Shown piece by piece: positions 39,722-50,797 of a stretch of 64,000 nt of DNA. Numbering within the stretch: position 1 is the first letter of the stretch; each line of letters begins with the position of its first letter. Under the pieces are notes generated by a model that saw nothing but the letters and a program-made list of their open reading frames with translations, did not search any database and was not told the origin of the DNA. The position numbers were made by a program, and so were the translations under genes. Source of the DNA: Alphaproteobacteria bacterium (GTDB lineage Bacteria; Pseudomonadota; Alphaproteobacteria; JAAXGF01); contig CAUVXB020000001.1 in NCBI GenBank assembly GCA_963555825.3, forward strand, positions 2,240,001-2,304,000, given 5' to 3'.

Positions 39722-41182
39722 CAGCCCGTTGACGAAGTCGGCACTGGACGCAAGCGGCCTGGTCTGATTCTTTGATGTTCTGATTTGACCGGAGGATTCG
39801 CCGATGGCGATGGGACAGCAGAAGGATCGTCAGGGGGACTTGATGGTGGGCTGGGCGGAGATGCCGCGCTCGCCGGGTCATGTGTTTTACGACCGCCTGC
39901 AGTCGGTGCTGATCGAGGGCGGCTTCGACGCCTTTGCCGAGGCGAGCTGCCGGCCCTATTACGCGGCCAGGATGGGCGCGCCCTCGGTGCCGCCCGGGCG
40001 CTATTTCCGCATGCACCTGGTGGGCTACTTCGAGGGCATCGACTCAGAGCGCGGTCTGGAGTGGCGTTGCTCGGATTCCCTGTCGCTGCGGGAGTTCCTG
40101 CGACTGGGGAGCCGTGAGCGGGTGCCGGACCATTCCTGGCTGTCGAAGACCCGCGCGCGCCTGCCCCATGAAGTCCACGCGGCGGTCTTCGACTGGGTTC
40201 TGGCCTTGATCGGCGAGGCGGGTCTGGTGAAGGGCGAGCGCATCGGGGTGGATGCCTCGACCATGGAGGCCAACGCGGCGCTGCGCAACATCGTGCGGCG
40301 CGACACGGGTGAAGGCTACCGGGAGATGCTGGAGCACCTGGCCCGGGAGAGCGGCATCGAGACGCCCACGGCCGAGGACCTGGCGCGTCTGGACCGCAAG
40401 CGCAAGGGCAAGAAGCTTTCCAACGAGGACTGGGTTTCGAAGAGCGACCCCGAGGCCAAGATCGCCAAGATGAAGGACGGCACGACGCATCTGGCCTACA
40501 AGCCCGAGCACGCGGTGGATCTGGACACCGGCGCGGTGGTGGCCGCCGAGCTGCACCCGGCCGACGAGGGCGACACGACGACGCTTCCCAAAACGTTGGA
40601 GACGGCCAAGGAGAACCTTGCGAGCGTTGACGCGGCGCCGACGGCAGAGGACCCGGCCGAATGTGTGACCGACAAAGGCTATCACTCACGGGCGGTCTTG
40701 AAGGCCTTGGACAACGGCCCGTGGAAGACCCGGATCGCCGAGCCCAAGCAGAAGGGCTTCGCGCGCTGGCGCGGCGACGAGGCGGCGCGGCGCGCGGTCA
40801 CCAACAACCGGACCCGGCTGTTATCGGGGGTGGCCAAGGAAGCCTTCAAGCTGCGCGCCGAGATCGTCGAGCGCTCCTTCGCCCACAACCTCGATCGCGG
40901 CGGCATGCGCCGGACCTGGCTTCGGGGCCGCGAGAACGTGCACAAGCGATACCTGCTCCACGTCGCCGGCCACAACCTATCGTTGCTGATGCGCCAACTC
41001 ATCGGCGCCGGCACCCCGCGCGAGGCCGTGGCGGGCGGATATGGCGGTATTTTCGTGCTGCTCACGCCCACCGGGGCCATGCTGGGCGCACTGGGGGTCT
41101 CGCAAAGCGGCCAGACGGTTTTCGCCGCCGCATTCCTCATCTGGGAGTGAGAGCCGGAAAAAGCCACTTAATCAACGGGCTG
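39722..41182 (+). mobile_element. IS1182-family insertion sequence, complete
   Basis: TIR CAGCCCGTTGA/TCAACGGGCTG; TTAA duplicated at 39718-39721 and 41183-41186. Confidence 0.88.
39804..41150 (+). CDS. Transposase (DUF772 + DDE; IS1182/IS5-like)
   Basis: GIDSERGLEWRCSDSL, PDHSWLS, VDASTMEANA, DKGYH, VERSFAH. Confidence 0.92.
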   Translation: MAMGQQKDRQGDLMVGWAEMPRSPGHVFYDRLQSVLIEGGFDAFAEASCRPYYAARMGAPSVPPGRYFRMHLVGYFEGIDSERGLEWRCSDSLSLREFLRLGSRERVPDHSWLSKTRARLPHEVHAAVFDWVLALIGEAGLVKGERIGVDASTMEANAALRNIVRRDTGEGYREMLEHLARESGIETPTAEDLARLDRKRKGKKLSNEDWVSKSDPEAKIAKMKDGTTHLAYKPEHAVDLDTGAVVAAELHPADEGDTTTLPKTLETAKENLASVDAAPTAEDPAECVTDKGYHSRAVLKALDNGPWKTRIAEPKQKGFARWRGDEAARRAVTNNRTRLLSGVAKEAFKLRAEIVERSFAHNLDRGGMRRTWLRGRENVHKRYLLHVAGHNLSLLMRQLIGAGTPREAVAGGYGGIFVLLTPTGAMLGALGVSQSGQTVFAAAFLIWE

Positions 41183-41319
41183 TTAAGGGTCGCGCCGGGC
41201 GGGCCGCCCGCGGCGTCGAAGACCTTGACTGTGGCCCAGGCTACGCTCGGCAGCCTTCTCCTGGCGGATCGGCGACCGCCCGACGCGATGACGCGCCCGT
41301 CCATGGTGAGAAATCCGGG

Positions 41320-42007
<688 letters not shown>

Positions 42008-42021
<14 letters not shown>

Positions 42022-42763
42022 GGCTGCCCAGATAGGCCTGTTGCACCGCGTCGTCGTTCTCGATCTCGGCCGGCGTGCCCTCGGCGATGACCGCGCCTCT
42101 GTCGAGCACGGTGATGCGGTCGGCGAGTTCCAAGACGACCGACATGTTGTGCTCGATCATCAGCACCGTCGCGTCCTTGGCGATCTCGCGGATCAGCGCA
42201 CAGAACGCAGAAATCTCGTCGCGCGCCAACCCTTGCGTCGGCTCGTCGAGGATCAACAGCCGGGGCTCGAGCGCCAGCCCGAGGGCGACCTCAAGCAGCC
42301 GCTGATGGCCATAGGCGAGCTGGTCGGCGCGCCGATCGGCCTCGGCGTCGAGGCCGACCTTGCCGAGCGCCGCCTCGACGCGCGCAGCGACGCGCGCCTC
42401 CGACAGCGCCATGCCGCCGAACATCCCGCCCATCAGACGGCGCTGCGCCGCCAGCGCGACGTTCTCGTAACACGTCAGGTTGCGGTAGATGCTGGTGATC
42501 TGGAAGGTGTAGACGATGCCGCGCATAACGCGTTGTGGCGCCTTCAGCCGGGAAATGTCGTGGCCCTCGAAGGCGATCGTCCCGGCGCTTGGGCGAACGC
42601 GGCCCGAGATCATGCCGACCAGTGTCGTCTTGCCGGCGCCGTTGGGCCCGATGATCGCCCTGATCTCGCCGGCCGGCAGGCTGATATCGACGCCACGCAC
42701 GGCATCGAGGCCGCCGAAGCTCTTGCTCAGGCCCGCGGTTTCCAACAGCGTCACGGCAGCCAT
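42008..42763 (-). CDS. HAAT-family ABC ATPase (LivG-like)
   Basis: GPNGAGKTT, LAYGHQR, LDEP, IEHNM, AYLG. Confidence 0.93.
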
Positions 42764-43713
42764 TCGAGCCACCTGTCACGGATCGCACCGACGATCCCCT
42801 TGGGGAACCACAGCACCAGCGCCACCAGAACCGCGCCGACGATCAGCAGATAGGCCGAGGTCAGGCCGCTCGAGATGTCGACCAGATAGAACATCAGGCC
42901 GGTGCCGACGAGCGGCCCGAGCGTCGTGCCGACGCCGCCCAAGAGCGTCCACAACAGTGGATAGATCGAGTACTGGAACGAGGCGAAAGTCGAGCCGACA
43001 TAGGAAAACAGAAGCGCGTAGGTCGCGCCCGCCGCGCCCGCGACGATCGCCGAGACGGCCAGCGCGAGCAGTTTGTATCGGTAGGTGTCGTAGCCCAGCA
43101 TGCGGGTGCGTGCCTCGTTCTCGCGAATCGCGATCAGGACGCGCCCGGTCGGCGAGCGGACCAGCGCGAGGCTCGCCAGCAGCGCGACCGCGAAGACGAC
43201 GAGCGCGGCGTTGTACTTGACCGCTGGCGCCGAGAACGGCAGCTCGACACCGCCGAGGGCGAGCGGCGCAAGCTTTTGCGAGATCACGAAGCCTTGATCA
43301 CCCAGGGTGAATTCGTTGAAGTAGAGCGTCGCGAGGAACATCGCCTGGGCGAACATCAGCGTGACGATCATGAACGAGACGCCGCCCGTCCTGAGCGCCA
43401 CCGCGCCGAACGTGAGAGCGAGCACGAGGCTCGCCGCGATGCCGGCGCCGAGCGCTGGGATGGCGCCGAAACCCAGATGGTAGACCGACAACCCGGCGCC
43501 GTAGACGCCGGCGGCGAAGAACATCGCGTGGCCCAGACTCAACAGCCCGGTATAGCCGAGCAACAGGTTGTAGCCGACGACGAAGGTTGCGAGAACCATG
43601 ATGCGCGCGGCGTTGGTGTGGTGGTAGGGCGGCAGGACGAACTGCAGGGCGAGCAACAGGGCGATGACGCCGAGATGCAGCGCGACGGCCTTGGCCATGC
43701 CATGCCGTCTCAT
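42751..43713 (-). CDS. HAAT-family permease (LivM-like)
   Basis: GYTGLLSLGHA, GRVLIAIRENE, LLGG.GT..GP. Confidence 0.92.
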   Translation of the reverse strand: MRRHGMAKAVALHLGVIALLLALQFVLPPYHHTNAARIMVLATFVVGYNLLLGYTGLLSLGHAMFFAAGVYGAGLSVYHLGFGAIPALGAGIAASLVLALTFGAVALRTGGVSFMIVTLMFAQAMFLATLYFNEFTLGDQGFVISQKLAPLALGGVELPFSAPAVKYNAALVVFAVALLASLALVRSPTGRVLIAIRENEARTRMLGYDTYRYKLLALAVSAIVAGAAGATYALLFSYVGSTFASFQYSIYPLLWTLLGGVGTTLGPLVGTGLMFYLVDISSGLTSAYLLIVGAVLVALVLWFPKGIVGAIRDRWLEWLP

Positions 43714-44591
43714 GTCTCGTCGTCCCCGAACAAACCGCCGGGCCGGAAGATCAGCACGACGGCGACCAGCAGCGTGGCCAGTATCTTGGCCAGCGTCGGC
43801 GAGAAGAAGACCGAGATGATGCCGTCGGAAAGGCCGATGACGAAGGCCGCGATCACGGTGCCGACCAAGCTGCCGAGGCCGCCAAGGATGACGACGATGA
43901 ACGACAGCAGCAGCGGGTCGAGCCCCATCAGGTAATGCGCCTGTTGGATCGGCACGACGAGCACGCCGGCGACCGCGGCGAGCATGGCGCCCAACGCGAA
44001 GACCGTGGCGTAGACGTGCCGCACCGGTACGCCGAACGCCTGGGCCATGTCCTGGTCGTGCTGGGTCGCCCGCATGTAGAGCCCGAACTTGGTGCGCGTC
44101 ATGGCGAGCCAGGCGCCAACCAGCAACAGCGCCGAGGCGCCGACGACGATCAGCTTGTAGCCCGAGTAGCCGAACCACGGAAACTGGACGCGGAAGTAAA
44201 TCGGCGCCTCGACCGGCCGGGCGTCGGGACCGTAGAGCATCAAGACCAGCTGCTCGATGATGTACAAGAGCCCGATGGTCGCGACGATGGTGCGCTCCGG
44301 GTCGTAGTCGATGCGCCTGAGCACCAGCCAGTCGGTCGCGTAAGCGACACCGCCGACGATCAAGGGCGCCACCACGATCGCCAGCGCGAAGCCGACGAGC
44401 GGCGCGCCGCCGACCAGCGAGGCGCACCACCAGGCGAGCACGGCGCCGAGCATGAAAAACGCGCCATGAGCGACGTTGACCACGCGCATGACGCCGAAGA
44501 CGAGCGACAGACCGAGCGCGGTGACCGCCAGCACGAAGGCGGTGACCGTGCCCTCGAGCAGGGCGAGGAATAGATGCGGCCCGAAGCTCAT
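43710..44591 (-). CDS. HAAT-family permease (LivH-like)
   Basis: GLSLVFGVMRVVNVAHG, ILGGLGS, RPGGLFG. Confidence 0.93.
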   Translation of the reverse strand: MSFGPHLFLALLEGTVTAFVLAVTALGLSLVFGVMRVVNVAHGAFFMLGAVLAWWCASLVGGAPLVGFALAIVVAPLIVGGVAYATDWLVLRRIDYDPERTIVATIGLLYIIEQLVLMLYGPDARPVEAPIYFRVQFPWFGYSGYKLIVVGASALLLVGAWLAMTRTKFGLYMRATQHDQDMAQAFGVPVRHVYATVFALGAMLAAVAGVLVVPIQQAHYLMGLDPLLLSFIVVILGGLGSLVGTVIAAFVIGLSDGIISVFFSPTLAKILATLLVAVVLIFRPGGLFGDDET

Positions 44592-44661
44592 GGCGCCGGG
44601 TGCGTTCGAGACATGGCGGGGCGGCCGAGCGTCATCCCTAGCCGCCTCAGCTGTATTGTAC

Positions 44662-44813
44662 GGTCACCTTTACTGCGTATAGACGACCTGCGCTCAATCG
44701 CCGCGAATGCCAATCTATATCCCACAAGGACTGGCCGAACGGTCGGCGGCCCCCCTCTTGTCCCAATAAGGTTGGCGCAGGCTGGCATAATCCGACCGAT
44801 TCCGATCGATCGG
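44662..44813. repeat. Modular hairpin repeat family, copy C
   Basis: GGTCAC..GACCTGCGCTCAATCGCCGCGAATGC..GCCGAACGGTCGGCGGCCC..TCTTGTCCCAATAAGGTTGGCGCAGGCTGGCAT..GACCGAT..GATCGATCGG. Confidence 0.8.
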
Positions 44814-44821
44814 ATTATGCG

Positions 44822-46171
44822 TTAAAGCGACTGCGTCGTGTAGTCCGCCTCGGGCTCGTAGAGCCCGTCCTCGATCGACGTCGTGTGCACGACCTTGAGC
44901 TTCTGGTTCTCGACCAGCGAGATGAACTGCTGGCCAAAGCCCTGGTGGATCTTGCCGACGAACTTCTTGTGGCCCTGCGGATGCTCGATCCCCTCGTTGT
45001 ACCATTCGGTGTTCTCGATCGTCTCGACCAGCGCCTCGATGTCCTTCGGCGTCCGTTCCCGATAGCCGCTCTGCTCGACCGCCTGCTTGATGGCGTAGAG
45101 CGTCTCCCAACAGCCGAACATGTGGGAATACGTCGAGACGTCCTTCGAATCCTGCACGCTCGCGCCGTTGGCGTCGACGCCGACCGCGTCGCGGAAGACC
45201 TTCTCCCAACGCGTCGGGTAGCCATCGGCGTAGCGCGGCATGGCCTCCCAGAAATGCGTCCCATCGAGGTATTCCAAGCCCGGGCTCGCCATGTCGACGG
45301 CCTCGAGTGAGTCCATGAAACCGAAAATCTGCGGCCGGTTTGAGCCGAAGTGCTCGCCCATCTCGCGCACGAAGGTTAAGACGCCCGGTCCGACCATGAC
45401 GTGGTAGAGCACCTCGGTGTCGGACGGGATCTGCGCAAAATACTTGGTGTAGGACGTCTCGGTTGGCGGAATCGCCAGCTTCGTCGTGACCGAGCCGCCC
45501 ATCGCATCGGCCGCCGCCGAGAAGAAGTCTCGGTGATTGTAGCCGAACGCGTAGTCCGGGAAGATCATCGCAACCTTCTTGCCGAGATTGCCGAACACCC
45601 ATTTGGCGATCGCCTGGATCTGGGCGCGGACGTCGGTGATGCCCGGCTGGAAGACATAGCGGTTCAGCGAGCCCGAGGCGACGTGATAGCCCTCGCTGAC
45701 GACGAAATAGGGCACCTTGAGTTCGCCGGCGCGCGGCGCCGAGCCGATCACGACATGCGAGAACAGGGTGCCGAAGATGAAATCGACGTTGTGCTGGGTG
45801 GCCAGCTTCTCGACGACCTCGGCGCCGCGCTTCGGATCGGTGCCGTCGTCCTCGGTGACCAGCTCGATCGGCCGGCCGGCGATGCCGCCTGTCGCGTTGA
45901 TGCGCGCGACCGCCGCCGCGGTGGTCCGCTCGTACCATCGGCCGTAGCCCGCGCCGATGCCCGTGCGGTGGACCTGGAAGCCGATCTTGAGCGGCTTCTC
46001 GGACGCCGACTGCGCCAGCGCCGGCGACGCCAGCGGGCTCGGCAGATAGCCAGCCGCGATACCGGCCGCCGCCGCGCCGGCCAATGTTCCGGCGGTCTTG
46101 AAGGCGGTCCGCCTGGAGACGCGCGTGGCATCGTCGGCGGTGCCGTCGGTACTGTTGTCCTGCTTGGTCAT
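44822..46171 (-). CDS. HAAT-family substrate-binding protein with Tat signal
   Basis: SRRTAFK twin-arginine motif, INATGGIAGRPIEL..EDD, DYAFG. Confidence 0.9.
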   Translation of the reverse strand: MTKQDNSTDGTADDATRVSRRTAFKTAGTLAGAAAAGIAAGYLPSPLASPALAQSASEKPLKIGFQVHRTGIGAGYGRWYERTTAAAVARINATGGIAGRPIELVTEDDGTDPKRGAEVVEKLATQHNVDFIFGTLFSHVVIGSAPRAGELKVPYFVVSEGYHVASGSLNRYVFQPGITDVRAQIQAIAKWVFGNLGKKVAMIFPDYAFGYNHRDFFSAAADAMGGSVTTKLAIPPTETSYTKYFAQIPSDTEVLYHVMVGPGVLTFVREMGEHFGSNRPQIFGFMDSLEAVDMASPGLEYLDGTHFWEAMPRYADGYPTRWEKVFRDAVGVDANGASVQDSKDVSTYSHMFGCWETLYAIKQAVEQSGYRERTPKDIEALVETIENTEWYNEGIEHPQGHKKFVGKIHQGFGQQFISLVENQKLKVVHTTSIEDGLYEPEADYTTQSL

Positions 46172-46261
46172 CGTCCGTCCTCCCAGACATCGTTTTATCG
46201 ATTTGAACGCAGCCGATACCTTACATGGCGATCCCGCTCCGCTCAAGATCGCTCGATGCGC

Positions 46262-47704
46262 TCATCCGACCGCCGGGGTGGCGAGCAGCCAGAGGCCGAA
46301 CAGCGTGTAGCCGATCATCAGGACGGTCGTCGGCGCCTGGCCCAGCATCGTCTGGCGCGGACCATCGCCGTCGCGCAACGCCACGAGGTGGGCGATCGCG
46401 ACGGCCATCACATGCGCGGCGACGATGATGCCGACCTGCACATTCCAGATCACCTCGACCGAGCGGTGGTCGGTGAGGAACGACGCGGTGACGTGCATGT
46501 CGCGCGCGCCGATCAGGTTCCAGCCCAGCGCGTACGGGTCCGACAACGCCCGCGCCGCGTACTGAACGTCGACCAGGAAGGCCGGCAGGTAGTGGGCGAC
46601 GTGGTAGCCGAACGCGATCGGCACGATCGAAACGATCATGCGCCCGAGGCTTTCGCCGACGCCGATGCGCGAACCGGCGAGCGCGCGGCCGAGCAGAACG
46701 GTGGCAAGAGAGACCGCGGCGAGCGCGCCGAACATCGCCACGAGACCAAACGAGTTGACCGCCACTAGCGCCGTTCGCCCGGCAAACTGGAGCGGGTTCT
46801 CGCCGATCAAACCGAGCCACCAGAAGCTCCGCGACAAGCCGTCGAACGAGACCGTTGCGAGCACCGACAGAACGAAGGCAACAACGCCCAGGGGCAATGC
46901 GCCGACATCGAGGAGCCGGATGCCGGGCGGCGCGACGGTAACCGCTTCGCCGCCGTCCGACCCATCGGGCTCGCGACCGAGGGGAGACAACCAGGCGACG
47001 ATCCGAAAGAACAAAGAGAACGCCTCGCCGCGGCGAAGCCAGGTCTCGCCGCCGAACAGCAGCATGCCGGCGAAGGTGACGCCCGCGTAGACGGCGACGG
47101 CGTTCGCCAGCACGGCCGGGTCGTGCGGCGCCGGGTGGACCAGCTCGAACCAGGCGAAGCCCAAGAACAGGCCGAACGCCGGCCAATACCCCAGCCACGC
47201 CGGATAGCCGAGCGGCGGCCGCGCGCGCCAGTTCGAGAGCCCCGGCAACAGGGTGACCAGGCGATAGGGGCCGCGCCACGGGTTGAGCCGCGCCCAGAGA
47301 TTGCCGAACAACGCGTGGAGCAACGTCAGGCCAACCCACCACAGCGTCCAGACGACCAGCGGCAACGGGTTCGCCAAGGGGTCGCGGCTGCCGGCATGGC
47401 CAGCGATCACCAACGCGAGGGCAACCGTGAAGACGGCAAGGCTTGGCGCTTCGCCAGCCCAGCCAAGCGAGCTCCCGAGGCGCCAGCGCCCGAAACGCCA
47501 GCGGGCGCGTTCGAGAGCACGCAGACCGGCCGTCGGGATGTTCGTCATCATGACGAACGAGAGCGCCACGGCCAACGCGCCGCCGACGATATAGAGATGG
47601 GTCGGCAGAAGCAGGATGAACGCGCGCTCGTTCGTGTGCGCCTCGGCCACGCCACACCCGGCGATCATCATCGGCACGATCAGCAGAAGACAGGCGCGTA
47701 ACAT
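46262..47704 (-). CDS. Conserved multi-pass membrane protein of unknown function
   Basis: Many TM segments; AHT..LLLP..LY, LATVSFDG, YHVAHY, AHVMAV..AH (His-rich). Confidence 0.75.
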   Translation of the reverse strand: MLRACLLLIVPMMIAGCGVAEAHTNERAFILLLPTHLYIVGGALAVALSFVMMTNIPTAGLRALERARWRFGRWRLGSSLGWAGEAPSLAVFTVALALVIAGHAGSRDPLANPLPLVVWTLWWVGLTLLHALFGNLWARLNPWRGPYRLVTLLPGLSNWRARPPLGYPAWLGYWPAFGLFLGFAWFELVHPAPHDPAVLANAVAVYAGVTFAGMLLFGGETWLRRGEAFSLFFRIVAWLSPLGREPDGSDGGEAVTVAPPGIRLLDVGALPLGVVAFVLSVLATVSFDGLSRSFWWLGLIGENPLQFAGRTALVAVNSFGLVAMFGALAAVSLATVLLGRALAGSRIGVGESLGRMIVSIVPIAFGYHVAHYLPAFLVDVQYAARALSDPYALGWNLIGARDMHVTASFLTDHRSVEVIWNVQVGIIVAAHVMAVAIAHLVALRDGDGPRQTMLGQAPTTVLMIGYTLFGLWLLATPAVG

Positions 47705-47942
47705 GTCGAAGGTGAAAATCCATCAACGATCGGCGAGAGCGCCATGGTAGCCATTTCGACCCGTGGCGGGAAACCGCCTGACTGGTCGACGGTACTAGGG
47801 AATCTCCCAAGTACGTCAATGTGATGACACGCGACTTTCGTGTTGCCTATACTGGCGCTTGGCGCGACGGGAGGATAAGCTTCGCGCTGGGAGGAACAAC
47901 GAATGACCCGGACGCGTAGGCCTTCTCGGGGCTCTGGGCGCG

Positions 47943-49217
47943 GTGATTTGCTTTGGCCTAGCCGTAGTGGCCCTCGCTGCGGGCCCAACCGGTGAAACCG
48001 TGTACGTGTCGGCGCCAGGTGTCGCCGACGCGCCGTTGGTGCATGGCCCGATGCGGCTTGCCCAAACCACCGAAGGGGTGTCGCGCGAAGACCTCCTCAA
48101 GCAGCTCGAGGAGATGAAGGCGAAGGTCAAGGCGCTCGCCAAGCAGGACTCCCAGGTCCCCGAGATCCGGGTCAATGCGCCTGCCGAGGCCGACGCCGTC
48201 AACAAGACCTATATCGTTGAAGGTTTCGTCGGCGATCGGGGCAGTCAGACCGTGCTGACGCTCAACGGCGAGCCGGTCGAGCTGCTCGCGCCGCCGCCCA
48301 ACTCACCATTCCTCGGCATCTATACCAATGCCTTCAAGATCGAGGTGCCGATCTCCAAGGACGATTCCGAACACCGCCTGGTGTTCGAGGCGGTCGACCA
48401 GAACAACAACAAAATTGCCAAAGAGGTCGTCGTCAAGATCATCGTCAGCAACCGGCCGAAGTTCAAGGGTAAGTACTACGCGCTGCTCATCGGCAACGCG
48501 CGCTACGACTTCCTCGATCCGGTCAAAACCGCGGAGAACGACGCCAAGGCGGTCGCCGACGTGCTCAAGCGCCGCTTCGTGTTCGACGAGGAACGGATCA
48601 CGGTGCTGCTCAATGCGACGCGGCGCGACATGCTCGGCACGCTGTCGAAACTGCGCAAGGAGCTCAAATCCAAGGACCGGTTGCTAATTTTTTACGCCGG
48701 CCGCGGCCTCATCGACGACGTGACCAACGAGGGCTTCTGGCAGGGCATCGACGCCGAGGAACTCGACGACTTCACCTGGATCGCGATCGACGACGTGCGT
48801 CGGAACCTGCGCGGCCTGCCCGCCCGGCACGTGCTGGTGATCGCCGATTCGGTGTTTCCCGTCGCGGTGCAGCGCGGCTCCAGGAGCGACCGCGACCGCT
48901 TTTTCTCCGAGCTCGATAGCTACGTCTCGCGCAACGCGATCATCTCGGGCGGTGCGAAACCGAGATCCAGCGAGATTTCAGGCATGCACTCGGTATTCAC
49001 CCATTTCCTGCTCGAAATTCTCGAGACCAACGAGGAGCCCTATATCACCTCGCGCCAGTTGTTCGAGAAGCTGCAGACCAAGTTGACCGAGAGCTCCGAC
49101 CTCAACCCCGAGCGGGTCACCGTGCCCAATACCGGCGACGAGGGCTTCGGTGATTTCACCTTCATCCTGCGCGTCGAGCCGATCCCCGCCCAAGGCGCCG
49201 CGGGCACCGAAGGCTGA
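47943..49217 (+). CDS. Caspase-family (C14) domain protein with substituted catalytic dyad
   Basis: YALLIGN, ENDA, NATR, IFYAGRG, IADSVF, HSVFT; hydrophobic N-terminus, coiled coil and Ig-like segment. Confidence 0.8.
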   Translation: MICFGLAVVALAAGPTGETVYVSAPGVADAPLVHGPMRLAQTTEGVSREDLLKQLEEMKAKVKALAKQDSQVPEIRVNAPAEADAVNKTYIVEGFVGDRGSQTVLTLNGEPVELLAPPPNSPFLGIYTNAFKIEVPISKDDSEHRLVFEAVDQNNNKIAKEVVVKIIVSNRPKFKGKYYALLIGNARYDFLDPVKTAENDAKAVADVLKRRFVFDEERITVLLNATRRDMLGTLSKLRKELKSKDRLLIFYAGRGLIDDVTNEGFWQGIDAEELDDFTWIAIDDVRRNLRGLPARHVLVIADSVFPVAVQRGSRSDRDRFFSELDSYVSRNAIISGGAKPRSSEISGMHSVFTHFLLEILETNEEPYITSRQLFEKLQTKLTESSDLNPERVTVPNTGDEGFGDFTFILRVEPIPAQGAAGTEG

Positions 49218-49222
49218 TACCC

Positions 49223-49352
49223 CGCTCGCTTTAAACGTAAGCAGTATACCTTTTTCAGGACTCTTCTCGGGCGGCCTCCCCACGCAGCGGGATGCATCCG
49301 AATGGGTCGTCTCGATAATTTAAATATATACTGCTTACGTTTAATGTGAGCG
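49223..49352. repeat. 130-bp MITE-like element
   Basis: Perfect 18-bp IR TTAAACGTAAGCAGTATA (49231-49248/49327-49344), extending to 26 bp with 2 mismatches. Confidence 0.75.
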
Positions 49353-49380
49353 TCGACGAAATATTCTGTGGCTGCCGGGG

Positions 49381-50205
49381 TCAGGCCTTGCCGTAGGCGT
49401 TTCGCAGGGCCGGATAGTCGAGCCTGGGGCCCTGTGCCTGGGTGAAGTAGACGGTGTGGCACATCACATCGCCGGCCTCGGCCAGGATCATCGCGAAGCT
49501 CGGCGGCTCGTAACACATCACCAGATCGGCCGAGACCAAGTCGAGAGCCACCTGATGACAGGTCGACGCCGCCGCCATCACGGGCACGTCGCCCAAGCGC
49601 CCGGTCATGGTGCGGTGCGCGTGGCCGGCGTGGATACTGCGTACCTGGCCGTGGCGCGCGACCACCTCGGCGAGCCCGTCGATGCCGTCGAGGCCGATCG
49701 CGTCGATCGGCGGAATATGCGTCGTGAAGGGCGGATGGTGCAGGAATACCAGCGTCGGCGTGTCGGGCAGCCGCGCCAGCGTCGCGTCGAGCCAGGCGAG
49801 GCGCGCCGCGCAAAGCAAGCCACACGCCGTACCCGGAACGTTGGTATCGAGCATGACCAGACGATGGCCCTCGACGTCCTCGACCGCGTATTGGACGTAG
49901 TCGCCCGTCGTGTAGCGCGGCTCGCCGGCAAACGCCTGGCGGAAAATCTCGCGGTTGTCGTGATTGCCGATCATCAGATGGACCGGGACGGTGGCGTCCT
50001 CGATGCAGCGTTTCAGCTCCTCGTAGGCCTCGATATCGCCCTTGTGGGTCAGATCGCCACTGATCACCACGGCGTCGTAGAAACCGTCCGGCTGGCGCGC
50101 GACCTCGGCCAACGCCTGGCGCAGCAGGGTCGGCGTGTGCAGGCCGCACAGCCGGTGTTCAGGCGCCGTGACGTGGGTGTCGGTGATCTGGGCGATGCGC
50201 AGCAT
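49381..50205 (-). CDS. Metallophosphoesterase (CpdA/GpdQ-like)
   Basis: TDTH, SGDL, GNHD, HHPP, GHAH. Confidence 0.9.
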   Translation of the reverse strand: MLRIAQITDTHVTAPEHRLCGLHTPTLLRQALAEVARQPDGFYDAVVISGDLTHKGDIEAYEELKRCIEDATVPVHLMIGNHDNREIFRQAFAGEPRYTTGDYVQYAVEDVEGHRLVMLDTNVPGTACGLLCAARLAWLDATLARLPDTPTLVFLHHPPFTTHIPPIDAIGLDGIDGLAEVVARHGQVRSIHAGHAHRTMTGRLGDVPVMAAASTCHQVALDLVSADLVMCYEPPSFAMILAEAGDVMCHTVYFTQAQGPRLDYPALRNAYGKA

Positions 50206-50251
50206 TTTGTCCAACGGTCGACGGGCCCGGTCTCGCGCCGAGCCTCGATCC

Positions 50252-50797
50252 CTATTCGGCCGCGGGCAGCGGTGGCGGGCTGTCGCTCAGGCTGCGCAGG
50301 AAGGCGATCAAGTCCGCACGCCCCTTGGGTTTCTTGACGCCGGCGAAGCTCATCTTGGTGCCCGGCACCATGTCCTTTGGCTTGGTCAGGAACTTATCCA
50401 AGGCGGCGTAGTCCCATTTGCCACCGATGCCAGCGAGCGCGTCGGAGTACTTGAAACCGGCCGCCTTGCCCATATCGCCGCCGACGACGTTCCACAGGTT
50501 CGGCCCGACCTTGTTCTTGCCGCCCTTGTCGAAGCTGTGGCAGGCCGAGCATTTCTTGGCGATCTTCTTGCCGCTCGCGACATCGGCGGCGGCGAGCAGC
50601 GCGCCCAGCGAAGCGACGGGCGCTTCCTCGATCGCGCTCGCGGCGACCGCGACCGTCTCAGCCATCGGCACCGGATAGGCGACCGTTTCGGCCGGCGTCC
50701 GGTGCATGGCCTCGTCGACGCCGACGTTGATCGTCCAGAAGGCGAGGCCCGCGACGAGTATCGCCGCCGCCAATTTGTTGAATTCCATCGCCGACAT
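50252..50797 (-). CDS. Membrane-anchored cytochrome c (CycM-like)
   Basis: N-terminal TM, CSACH, GPNL, PGTKMSFAG. Confidence 0.92.
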   Translation of the reverse strand: MSAMEFNKLAAAILVAGLAFWTINVGVDEAMHRTPAETVAYPVPMAETVAVAASAIEEAPVASLGALLAAADVASGKKIAKKCSACHSFDKGGKNKVGPNLWNVVGGDMGKAAGFKYSDALAGIGGKWDYAALDKFLTKPKDMVPGTKMSFAGVKKPKGRADLIAFLRSLSDSPPPLPAAE

